Source: Azolla caroliniana (lineage: Eukaryota; Plantae; Polypodiophyta). From it: 64,000 nt of DNA. Below the pieces are notes generated by a model. It was not told the DNA's origin. It saw only the letters and a list, made by a program, of their open reading frames with translations, and ran no database searches. The number at the start of each line of letters is the position of its first letter. The stretch's first letter is position 1. The DNA lies in contig JBHGNT010000002.1 of NCBI GenBank assembly GCA_043228905.1, positions 24,056,001-24,120,000 on the forward strand, in the 5' to 3' direction. A program made the translations under genes and the position numbers. Below, piece by piece: positions 23,007-35,328 of the stretch.

Positions 23007-25016
23007 ATGGAAAATCAACCAGAGGCTAACAACATGATGATGATGTTCGAGTGGATGCTTCAAGAGCAACGTGCGATGTCGGAGATAGCGGCGACAGTAG
23101 AGCGGTTCGTGCAACGGATTAGGCAATTCAACGGAAAGGACGTATCACGCTATCTTCGGGACTACAAGGCAGAAATGATACGGTGTGGGATTTTGGAAGG
23201 ACTGCAAGTGACATCCTTCAACTGGGTAGCTACTGACGGGCTTCAAGCAAGTATCCACGGGCTACGACAACAAAATCCGATGTGGGAAGCGTTTGAAGAG
23301 GCGCTAAAGACCACGTTCGCTATCGAGGACTCCTCCAAGGCAATGCAGAGAGGATTTGAGGATTGGGTGGAAACGCCGGACAAGGGGATGAAGGTCCTGG
23401 ATGTCTTTTCGTCATTCGAAAGTCGGTTCGGGAGGTTGTCTGCGAGAGATCAAGCTATCCTTGCACCGGACAAAGTTATCATGTTCTTACGAGCTGTAGA
23501 CGTCCGGGACCGGAAGGATCTTGGAGTGCTTGTAGAGGACACGACTACCGAGAGTGGCCTCACCAAAACATGGGAAAGCATGCGGGATATCGTCGCGCGA
23601 TACACAAAGAGGGGGCAATGGCTTGCCAACGAAGAAAAGAGGGTTTCGGAACCGATTCCGAAACCGAGATCCGGATCGGAAGACTATCAACCGCGGGCTC
23701 GGGAGACTACGACCGAGAAGGGAATCGACGCAACCACGGTAGAGCAGTTGCTGAAAGAAATGGAGAATCTGAAAATTGCGATGGTAAAGAAGTCGGATGA
23801 CCATCCCACAAGCTCCAAGTATATGGACCATCGGTGTATATGTTGCGACAAGCACAAGGAGGCATTACGACGGGATCTTATCTATTACGAGGGAAATCGG
23901 ATCCATTCGATGGACTGTCGGAAGCCACTCCGACCGAACTTCCGGAAAGGCGGCATGAAGAAGGTCCTTGAGGAGGAAATAGCGGCGAAAAGTTATTTTG
24001 CAACAACCGCGGGAATACGTGTCGGGGAGTCATCTACAACAGAGATGTCTTTTTGGCCGGAGATGCTAGAAATTTCGAAGAAAGCCAACCATGATGAAAT
24101 CCGAAGCGCCGCGGAATGTATCCGGGAAGCTACAGGATGGGAGTGCCCCGTAGATAAGAATAGCATACATGCGCTAAGTCAATTGCATGAAGTGTATGTG
24201 GATGAAAAACGACGGCGCACGGATGATGCGACCGGATCATCAAAGACACCAGAAAGCTGGGGCTCCGGAGGGAAGGGAAAAGAGAAGACCATTCCGGCAT
24301 TCAAGCTCACCTAGGACATAGAACGACAAACGGACTTGAAAAAGGTGTTCGAGGAGAGAATCCTCGATAGCCGGGTAAAATTTTCGCTTCGGGAACTACT
24401 CCGAATAGCGAAGGAGTTCCACGATCTTCTTGTGGATCTCGTGAAGAGAAAAAGACAAAGTACGGAGGAAAATGCTCCAAGGGTGAATTCAAATACCATT
24501 TTAATGAATGACATCGAAGTGGAGGACGAGATTCCGAACTCCCACTACACAAGGCCACAATGGGAACGTGCAACGACGGAGACCCCGGTCCAAATCGGCA
24601 ACATCAAAGAGCCTGTGCTAGCATTGATTGATCACGGATCGGAGATCAATTTGATGTCCAAGGAGTTATACCGGAAGGGGAAGTGGCCTATAAACACTAA
24701 CCATGGATGGAAGATCCAAGCAACCACTAAAGCAACGGAAGATCTATTTGCGGCTTGTCCGGATGTGACGGTGAAGATCGGGAATGTCGAGATCGACCAA
24801 AATTTCTTCGTACAAGATGAGGTCTCACATTCCGTGATCCTCAGGCAACCCTTTATCACGGCTTCACGGATGGAGACAAAGGTGCTCGATAGTGGTGCGG
24901 CTTTCGCACGAATTCGGAGCCAAAGCAGAGGGAAATCCGTCCAATTCCTAATTGTGCCTGCAAATCATGAAAGGAACAAGAGAGAGCTCTTATCCCAAAC
25001 AAGGATGGATTTTTAG
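23007..25016 (+). pseudogene. gag-protease ORF, dimer copy 1 (copy 2 at 28806-30815), one premature TAG
   Basis: FNGKDVSRYL gag motif, protease ALIDHGSEINLM; TAG at 24312 is in frame with the downstream ORF. Confidence 0.9.
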
Positions 25017-28000
25017 AGCAGATTGTTGTGGAGTGGGGAAGTGATATTCCGAGAAGCCCTGATACCCCACACAGGAAGAAACCTCTCGGGGCAAAACAAG
25101 TATGAATCGATCCGGATGGGGCATCTACATACACGGCCGTAACCAGAGGAAAGAAGAAAGAATACCGAAAGGTAGAGGATAAGTTGCGGTCGGCATCAAT
25201 AATAAAAGAAGACGAAGAAATTGTGGGAGTAGTCGAAGAAGTGTTCTATGGGAACACGCTACAACGGCTTGGGGATCTTGTGGAGGATAAAAGCCAAGGA
25301 GAGCGGGTAGTCCCGGTAGAATCGGTGGATATGTACGAGATCATTGTGAAAGTGGGGCCGGATGCGCTCCGCAAAGAAGAAGCAATGGTAAGTATGAAAT
25401 ACAAGACAGTGGAGAAGAAAGTGAAATCGGCTGCGGGACCATTACCCGCCGATAGCGAGCAAAAGAGGAAAGATGTCTCAAGAGATTCAACACTTCAGAA
25501 GTCCGTGGATATCGGACATACCTTCACGGATGAGACCCGAAAGAAATTTCGGATCGGTGGAGGTGGTTTCCTCTTACCAAAAGAAGAAGAACGGTTTCGT
25601 GAGATGTTGGAGCAACATGGCAAAGCGTTCGCATTCACATCAAGGGAGATAGGGTGCGTTGATCCGAAGATAGTGGAGCCGATGGTGATCTTCACGATTG
25701 ACCATGTGTCGTGGAACCTGAAGCCGATTTCGGTGTCGCGGGCGCATATTCCCAAAATCATCGACTTGCTCAAGGAGAAGGTGGCGATGGGGATTCTAGA
25801 GCCATCAAACGCTCCGTACTCAAATCGATGGTTTACGGTCCTGAAGAAGAATGGGTCACTCCAATTTATCCAAGACTTGCAAATGGTGAACAAAGTCACG
25901 ATCCGGAACTCCGGAGCTGGTCCAATAGTGGACGAATTTCCGGAAGCATTTGCCGGTCGAGCGATATACTCCATCGGAGACCTATACTCGGGGTATGACC
26001 AATTCCAACTAGCCGTGGAGAGCCGAGACATCACTACCTTGCGAACACCAATAGGATTAGTCCGGATGTGTATGCTACCACAAGGCGCGACGAACTCGGT
26101 CGCACATATGATGAATGCAATGAACAAGGTGCTTCAAGACTGCATTCCAGAGATAACGATGTCGTTCCTAGATGACATTCCGATGAAAGGATGCGCGGTA
26201 GAAGAAAAAGATGAAACTATGGATGATCAAGGATGCCGAAAGTTCGTAGTTGACCATATTCGTGATTGTGAGAAAGTGCTTCGAAAGTTAGAAGATGTGC
26301 ACCTAGCACTTTCTGGGGAGAAATCGGCATTCGGGCAAGAAGAAATATTGGTAGTCGGACATCTATGTGGGCCCTACGGCCGAAGAACGTCACCGACCAA
26401 GATCAATGCAATTCAAGCTATGAAAGAAATATGTGAGTCACAATCCGAAGTCCGAAGGTTTCTTGGAGCATGTGCATTCTACCACATATGGATTCCGCAC
26501 TATGCACATATTGCGGATCCACTCTATCACTTGTTGCGGAAGGGTAAGAAGTTTGAATGGAAACCGGAGCATACCAAAGCCGTGAAGAAGCTCAAGAAAT
26601 CACTACGGAGGGCAAAAGCACTAAAGAAGCCGAGCTATGACTGACCGATCATAGTAACGGTTGACACAAGTCCAACCGGAATCGGATGGGTCATCAATCA
26701 AGCCGATCCGGATGGTTCGTGATATCCGATCCGATTCGGAGCAAAGGTTCTCAACGAAAGGCAACGCGGATATGCACAAGTCAAAAGAGAATTATGGGGA
26801 GTCGTGTCAGCAATCAAATCGGATCGAGATTATTTGATCGGAGCCGAAGTAGTGATCGAAACGGATTGTCTTCCGATACTCGGGATGATGCGGTGTTGCA
26901 CAATATCGGATGTGGCTATGCTAAGATGGATTGCATATGTTAAGTCGCTTAATTCGGAGATACAACATCTCCGGAAAAGATACCGCGGTAGCGGATATGG
27001 TATCAAGGGCTCGGTTCGGAGATGACATAACCGAATCCGGTAATGAAGAAGTTTCCGAAGACTACTTTGCTTCGAAGCACATATGCCGGGTGAACGTAAT
27101 CCGAGAATTCCGGGAAGAAGAATACGAGGGAGAAAGCTTGCTGATCGGGAAAGTGCTACAGGAAATCGAGGAATCATCGGACAATAAAGAGAAGAGAGCC
27201 GAGATCCGAAGTAAGAAGCGGCAAGTCCGAAAGTTCTTCTTGAAAAATGGATTATTATGGAGGGAGCCGAAAAGACCGGATGGCATACCACTTCGGGTAG
27301 TTGGGACGAAAGAGCAATGAAACCGGATAATGTCCGAATTTCACGAATCCGATTGCGCTGGACATCGAGGAACATGGGCAACTTTTGTGAAAATCAAACA
27401 AAAATACTGGTGGAAGAACATGTACAAAGATATAGCGGAATTCACGGAAAGCTGCGAGAAGTGTCAAATCTACTCCGGAGTTTGACACCGAGATGAGTTA
27501 CATTTGACATTCTCACCGACAATCAACTTCGAATGGATGGTCAATATTGTAGCCATGCAAACCGGGATCGGACAAAAGAAGTACTTGGTATTAGCTCGGG
27601 AAGATCTCACAAACCAAGTAGAAGGTCAGGCACTACGAAGGAAAACGTGTTCTGCAGTATGCCAATTTCTTTTGGAGGAGGTGTTTTGCAGGTACGGGTG
27701 TGTAGGACAAGTGATTGCGGATCGGGGAGAACTCGACTTTGATAAAGCTAAGGAATTCTTCACCAAACATGGAGTTTGGTTAACACTGACAACGGCATAC
27801 AATCCGGAAGCCAACGGGAAGATCGAACGAGGACATAGTCCGATCGTCAAAGCACTTGCCAAGGCATGTGATGGAAGGGTGAAGGATTGGCCGCAGATGC
27901 TTCCGTATGCACTATGGGCGGATCAGACAATGCATAGCTCCGTAACCGGTTACATGCCGGCAGAACTCATGACCGGACAAGCACCGGTAATGCCAACGAA

Positions 28001-28337
28001 AATCGCGATCGCGACATGGACGGTGCTACCGTGGAAGGAAGAGATGAGCCGAGAAGAACTACTAGCGGTTCGGATACAACAACTAGAGGGAAGACCGGAA
28101 GACATAGCGGAAGCAATACGCTGACAACAAGAAGCGCGATTCCGGAATAAAAGCTGGTTCGACATAAAGCACCGACTACGACCGCGGAAGATTGAAGAAG
28201 GAGATTGGGTGATTGTCTATTATAGTAGTTTGGATCATCAACATACAACGATGTGGAAGTTCGCGAACAGGTGGTTCGGGCCATACGAGGTTCGGAAAGT
28301 TTTCGACAACGGAAGTTACCGACTATGCGAGTTGGAT
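25007..28337 (+). pseudogene. RT-RNase H-integrase (pol), dimer copy 1 (copy 2 at 30806-34136)
   Basis: DLYSGYDQ, LPQGATNS, FLDD, VRRFLG, VDTSPTG, TTAYNPEANGKIERGH; several stops and a frameshift; IN tail and PPT deleted. Confidence 0.92.
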
Positions 28338-31300
28338 AGGGCATAGGGCAAAATTCGACCCTATACCTCCACATAGACAAACCCCAACCTTACCATTGTA
28401 CTAACTTATCCTAAGTGTTTTAAATATAGATTTAATCCGTATAAGACCTTTATTTACGCTATGCTTAGCCTCTTCCATCCTTATATAAGGAGAAGAGAAA
28501 GATGTATGGGGTGTTGTTGATTATTTTACAAGGATTGATTAATAAAAAAATATTCGTGGGATTCACAATTTTGCCATCTATTTCTCTCTTACATTCTAAG
28601 TATCAATTAATACACTATACTTGTGGGATTCATGACTTTTTCATATCTTTCTTTCTTACCATATATTTCATATTCTTAATTATCTTAGAATTTTCTTTTC
28701 TCCTAGTCCAAAACCTCGGTGGTTCCCACCCGATTCATGCAACGATCTGGAGCCAAAAGGCACGACACAAGTGGTGAACCCGACGTGAACACGGGTGGCA
28801 AGGAGATGGAAAATCAACCAGAGGCTAACAACATGATGATGATGTTCGAGTGGATGCTTCAAGAGCAACGTGCGATGTCGGAGATAGCGGCGACAGTAGA
28901 GCGGTTCGTGCAACGGATCAGGCAATTCAACGGAAAGGACGTATCACGCTATCTTCGGGACTACAAGGCAGAAATGATACGGTGTGGGATTTTGGAAGGA
29001 CTGCAAGTGACATCCTTCAACTGGGTAGCTACTGACGGGCTTCAAGCAAGTATCCACGGGCTACGACAACAAAATCCGATGTGGGAAGCGTTTGAAGAGG
29101 CGCTAAAGACCACGTTCGCTATCGAGGACTCCTCCAAGGCAATGCAGAGAGGATTTGAGGATTGGGTGGAAACGCCGGACAAGGGGATGAAGGTCCTGGA
29201 TGTCTTTTCGTCATTCGAAAGTCGGTTCGGGAGGTTGTCTGCGAGAGATCAAGCTATCCTTGCACCGGACAAAGTTATCATGTTCTTACGAGCTGTAGAC
29301 GTCCGGGACCGGAAGGATCTTGGAGTGCTTGTAGAGGACACGACTACCGAGAGTGGCCTCACCAAAACATGGGAAAGCATGCGGGATATCGTCGCGCGAT
29401 ACACAAAGAGGGGGCAATGGCTTGCCAACGAAGAAAAGAGGGTTTCGGAACCGATTCCGAAACCGAGATCCGGATCGGAAGACTATCAACCGCGGGCTCG
29501 GGAGACTACGACCGAGAAGGGAATCGACGCAACCACGGTAGAGCAGTTGCTGAAAGAAATGGAGAATCTGAAAATTGCGATGGTAAAGAAGTCGGATGAC
29601 CATCCCACAAGCTCCAAGTATATGGACCATCGGTGTATATGTTGCGACAAGCACAAGGAGGCATTACGACGGGATCTTATCTATTACGAGGGAAATCGGA
29701 TCCATTCGATGGACTGTCGGAAGCCACTCCGACCGAACTTCCGGAAAGGCGGCATGAAGAAGGTCCTTGAGGAGGAAATAGCGGCGAAAAGTGATTTTGC
29801 AACAACCGCGGGAATACGTGTCGGGGAGTCATCTACAACAGAGATGTCTTTTTGGCCGGAGATGCTAGAAATTTCGAAGAAAGCCAACCATGATGAAATC
29901 CGAAGCGCCGCGGAATGTATCCGGGAAGCTACAGGATGGGAGTGCCCCGTAGATAAGAATAGCATACATGCGCTAAGTCAATTGCATGAAGTGTATGTGG
30001 ATGAAAAACGACGGCGCACGGATGATGCGACCGGATCATCAAAGACACCAGAAAGCTGGGGCTCCGGAGGGAAGGGAAAAGAGAAGACCATTCCGGCATT
30101 CAAGCTCACCTAGGACATAGAACGACAAACGGACTTGAAAAAGGTGTTCGAGGAGAGAATCCTCGATAGCCGGGTAAAATTTTCGCTTCGGGAACTACTC
30201 CGAATAGCGAAGGAGTTCCACGATCTTCTTGTGGATCTCGTGAAGAGAAAAAGACAAAGTACGGAGGAAAATGCTCCAAGGGTGAATTCAAATACCATTT
30301 TAATGAATGACATCGAAGTGGAGGACGAGATTCCGAACTCCCACTACACAAGGCCACAATGGGAACGTGCAACGACGGAGACCCCGGTCCAAATCGGCAA
30401 CATCAAAGAGCCTGTGCTAGCATTGATTGATCACGGATCGGAGATCAATTTGATGTCCAAGGAGTTATACCGGAAGGGGAAGTGGCCTATAAACACTAAC
30501 CATGGATGGAAGATCCAAGCAACCACTAAAGCAACGGAAGATCTATTTGCGGCTTGTCCGGATGTGACGGTGAAGATCGGGAATGTCGAGATCGACCAAA
30601 ATTTCTTCGTACAAGATGAGGTCTCACATTCCGTGATCCTCAGGCAACCCTTTATCACGGCTTCACGGATGGAGACAAAGGTGCTCGATAGTGGTGCGGC
30701 TTTCGCACGAATTCGGAGCCAAAGCAGAGGGAAATCCGTCCAATTCCTAATTGTGCCTGCAAATCATGAAAGGAACAAGAGAGAGCTCTTATCCCAAACA
30801 AGGATGGATTTTTAGAGCAGATTGTTGTGGAGTGGGGAAGTGATATTCCGAGAAGCCCTGATACCCCACACAGGAAGAAACCTCTCGGGGCAAAACAAGT
30901 ATGAATCGATCCGGATGGGGCATCTACATACACGGCCGTAACCAGAGGAAAGAAGAAAGAATACCGAAAGGTAGAGGATAAGTTGCGGTCGGCATCAATA
31001 ATAAAAGAAGACGAAGAAATTGTGGGAGTAGTCGAAGAAGTGTTCTATGGGAACACGCTACAACGGCTTGGGGATCTTGTGGAGGATAAAAGCCAAGGAG
31101 AGCGGGTAGTCCCGGTAGAATCGGTGGATATGTACGAGATCATTGTGAAAGTGGGGCCGGATGCGCTCCGCAAAGAAGAAGCAATGGTAAGTATGAAATA
31201 CAAGACAGTGGAGAAGAAAGTGAAACCGGCTGCGGGACCATTACCCGCCGATAGCGAGCAAAAGAGGAAAGATGTCTCAAGAGATTCAACACTTCAGAAG

Positions 31301-34300
31301 TCCGTGGATATCGGACATACCTTCACGGATGAGACCCGAAAGAAATTTCGGATCGGTGGAGGTGGTTTCCTCTTACCAAAAGAAGAAGAACGGTTTCGTG
31401 AGATGTTGGAGCAACATGGCAAAGCGTTCGCATTCACATCAAGGGAGATAGGGTGCGTTGATCCGAAGATAGTGGAGCCGATGGTGATCTTCACGATTGA
31501 CCATGTGTCGTGGAACCTGAAGCCGATTTCGGTGTCGCGGGCGCATATTCCCAAAATCATCGACTTGCTCAAGGAGAAGGTGGCGATGGGGATTCTAGAG
31601 CCATCAAACGCTCCGTACTCAAATCGATGGTTTACGGTCCCGAAGAAGAATGGGTCACTCCAATTTATCCAAGACTTGCAAACGGTGAACAAAGTCACGA
31701 TCCGGAACTCCGGAGCTGGTCCAATAGTGGACGAATTTCCGGAAGCATTTGCCGGTCGAGCGATATACTCCATCGGAGACCTATACTCGGGGTATGACCA
31801 ATTCCAACTAGCCGTGGAGAGCCGAGACATCACTACCTTGCGAACACCAATAGGATTAGTCCGGATGTGTATGCTACCACAAGGCGCGACGAACTCGGTC
31901 GCACATATGATGAATGCAATGAACAAGGTGCTTCAAGACTGCATTCCAGAGATAACGATGTCGTTCCTAGATGACATTCCGATGAAAGGATGCGCGGTAG
32001 AAGAAAAAGATGAAACTATGGATGATCAAGGATGCCGAAAGTTCGTAGTTGACCATATTCGTGATTGTGAGAAAGTGCTTCGAAAGTTAGAAGATGTGCA
32101 CCTAGCACTTTCTGGGGAGAAATCGGCATTCGGGCAAGAAGAAATATTGGTAGTCGGACATCTATGTGGGCCCTACGGCCGAAGAACGTCACCGACCAAG
32201 ATCAATGCAATTCAAGCTATGAAAGAAATATGTGAGTCACAATCCGAAGTCCGAAGGTTTCTTGGAGCATGTGCATTCTACCACATATGGATTCCGCACT
32301 ATGCACATATTGCGGATCCACTCTATCACTTGTTGCGGAAGGGTAAGAAGTTTGAATGGAAACCGGAGCATACCAAAGCCGTGAAGAAGCTCAAGAAATC
32401 ACTACGGAGGGCAAAAGCACTAAAGAAGCCGAGCTATGACTGACCGATCATAGTAACGGTTGACACAAGTCCAACCGGAATCGGATGGGTCATCAATCAA
32501 GCCGATCCGGATGGTTCGTGATATCCGATCCGATTCGGAGCAAAGGTTCTCAACGAAAGGCAACGCGGATATGCACAAGTCAAAAGAGAATTATGGGGAG
32601 TCGTGTCAGCAATCAAATCGGATCGAGATTATTTGATCGGAGCCGAAGTAGTGATCGAAACGGATTGTCTTCCGATACTCGGGATGATGCGGTGTTGCAC
32701 AATATCGGATGTGGCTATGCTAAGATGGATTGCATATGTTAAGTCGCTTAATTCGGAGATACAACATCTCCGGAAAAGATACCGCGGTAGCGGATATGGT
32801 ATCAAGGGCTCGGTTCGGAGATGACATAACCGAATCCGGTAATGAAGAAGTTTCCGAAGACTACTTTGCTTCGAAGCACATATGCCGGGTGAACGTAATC
32901 CGAGAATTCCGGGAAGAAGAATACGAGGGAGAAAGCTTGCTGATCGGGAAAGTGCTACAGGAAATCGAGGAATCATCGGACAATAAAGAGAAGAGAGCCG
33001 AGATCCGAAGTAAGAAGCGGCAAGTCCGAAAGTTCTTCTTGAAAAATGGATTATTATGGAGGGAGCCGAAAAGACCGGATGGCATACCACTTCGGGTAGT
33101 TGGGACGAAAGAGCAATGAAACCGGATAATGTCCGAATTTCACGAATCCGATTGCGCTGGACATCGAGGAACATGGGCAACTTTTGTGAAAATCAAACAA
33201 AAATACTGGTGGAAGAACATGTACAAAGATATAGCGGAATTCACGGAAAGCTGCGAGAAGTGTCAAATCTACTCCGGAGTTTGACACCGAGATGAGTTAC
33301 ATTTGACATTCTCACCGACAATCAACTTCGAATGGATGGTCAATATTGTAGCCATGCAAACCGGGATCGGACAAAAGAAGTACTTGGTATTAGCTCGGGA
33401 AGATCTCACAAACCAAGTAGAAGGTCAGGCACTACGAAGGAAAACGTGTTCTGCAGTATGCCAATTTCTTTTGGAGGAGGTGTTTTGCAGGTACGGGTGT
33501 GTAGGACAAGTGATTGCGGATCGGGGAGAACTCGACTTTGATAAAGCTAAGGAATTCTTCACCAAACATGGAGTTTGGTTAACACTGACAACGGCATACA
33601 ATCCGGAAGCCAACGGGAAGATCGAACGAGGACATAGTCCGATCGTCAAAGCACTTGCCAAGGCATGTGATGGAAGGGTGAAGGATTGGCCGCAGATGCT
33701 TCCGTATGCACTATGGGCGGATCAGACAATGCATAGCTCCGTAACCGGTTACATGCCGGCAGAACTCATGACCGGACAAGCACCGGTAATGCCAACGAAA
33801 ATCGCGATCGCGACATGGACGGTGCTACCGTGGAAGGAAGAGATGAGCCGAGAAGAACTACTAGCGGTTCGGATACAACAACTAGAGGGAAGACCGGAAG
33901 ACATAGCGGAAGCAATACGCTGACAACAAGAAGCGCGATTCCGGAATAAAAGCTGGTTCGACATAAAGCACCGACTACGACCGCGGAAGATTGAAGAAGG
34001 AGATTGGGTGATTGTCTATTATAGTAGTTTGGATCATCAACATACAACGATGTGGAAGTTCGCGAACAGGTGGTTCGGGCCATACGAGGTTCGGAAAGTT
34101 TTCGACAACGGAAGTTACCGACTATGCGAGTTGGATAGGGCATAGGGCAAAATTCGACCCTATACCTCCACATAGACAAACCCCAACCTTACCATTGTAC
34201 TAACTTATCCTAAGTGTTTTAAATATAGATTTAATCCGTATAAGACCTTTATTTACGCTATGCTTAGCCTCTTCCATCCTTATATAAGGAGAAGAGAAAG

Positions 34301-34566
34301 ATGTATGGGGTGTTGTTGATTATTTTACAAGGATTGATTAATAAAAAAATATTCGTGGGATTCACAATTTTGCCATCTATTTCTCTCTTACATTCTAAGT
34401 ATCAATTAATACACTATACTCGTGGGATTCACGAGTTTTTCATATCTTTCTTTCTTACCATATATTTCATATTCTTAATTATCTTAAAATTTTCTTTTCT
34501 CCTAGTCCAAAACCTCAGTGGTTCCCACCTGATTCACGCAACTATTTGGAGCCGAAAGGCACGACA

Positions 34567-35328
34567 ACGGTTCACGCGACTCTCTAGATTGGACCGAACC
34601 GTGCTCGAAACAAGCAAAGTCCTATTTTTCGTGACATCTTTCGACTCACGCGTTTGGGAAAGCGTGGGTCTTCTTTTGGAAACTAACCGAGGTCTCACGA
34701 CTGACTGAGCGACCTTCAAAGAAGTATGCAGCAGGATTAACAAACACCGAGACTAGAAAGAAAAGGGATCCTCGTCGGTTGGATCGGCCGTCGAAATCAG
34801 GGCCCAACCGACGTCGACCCAAATGGAAGAAACGAGCAGGCGACTCGAGCTAGGCCCAACCCCAACGAAAATAATTGCGGGACCTGCAGGTGGCGCAGGG
34901 CTAGAAGAACTAACAAGGATGGTACACGACCTCCAGATCGCCCAAGCCCGCCGAAGCGACAAGGGTCAGTTGCGCAATCGGTGACCGCCGGCCAATCAGA
35001 GGTGCGTATGGTGCGACGCCACCGGGCATCCCCGGAGAGAATGCGTTGACTTCGGAGTAATGTAGTCTACCTTTCGAACGACCGGGTGCACGCAAGCGAC
35101 ACACGAAGACTGCTCGACACGAATTTCGGACGAGGTGGCATGAAGAGGCTAATGGAAGACGCTGCGGCCCGGCATGTCGAAGCCATCCACTATTCGGCTT
35201 CGGCCGACATCCAAGTAGGGGAAAAGGGTGCCAAACTCGATTCAAACCCTAGGTTTTGGCCGGCCATTCTTGAGACCTTGACTGGAGGAAGTTTGCAGAA
35301 GGGGGAAGCGAAGCGTGCAGAAGAACAT
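34567..35328 (+). pseudogene. gag of element A, third piece
   Basis: RFTRLSRLDRTVLETSKVLFFV...HASDTRRLLDTNFGRGGMKRLMEDAA, colinear with 36460-37250. Confidence 0.8.

Larger units (their letters stand above)
22397..34566 (+). mobile_element. Tandem Gypsy dimer: LTR-internal-LTR-internal-LTR, period 5799 bp
   Basis: All ORFs repeat with an offset of 5799; LTR ends CACGACA at 22968, 28767 and 34566; PBS after the first two; gag of element A resumes at 34567 (RFTRLSRLDRTV). Confidence 0.95.

Noticed and set aside
24312-24314. Programmed readthrough between gag and protease
   Set aside because: Element B has a sense codon at this position (RLSMEIER); both dimer copies share the stop only because they duplicated recently
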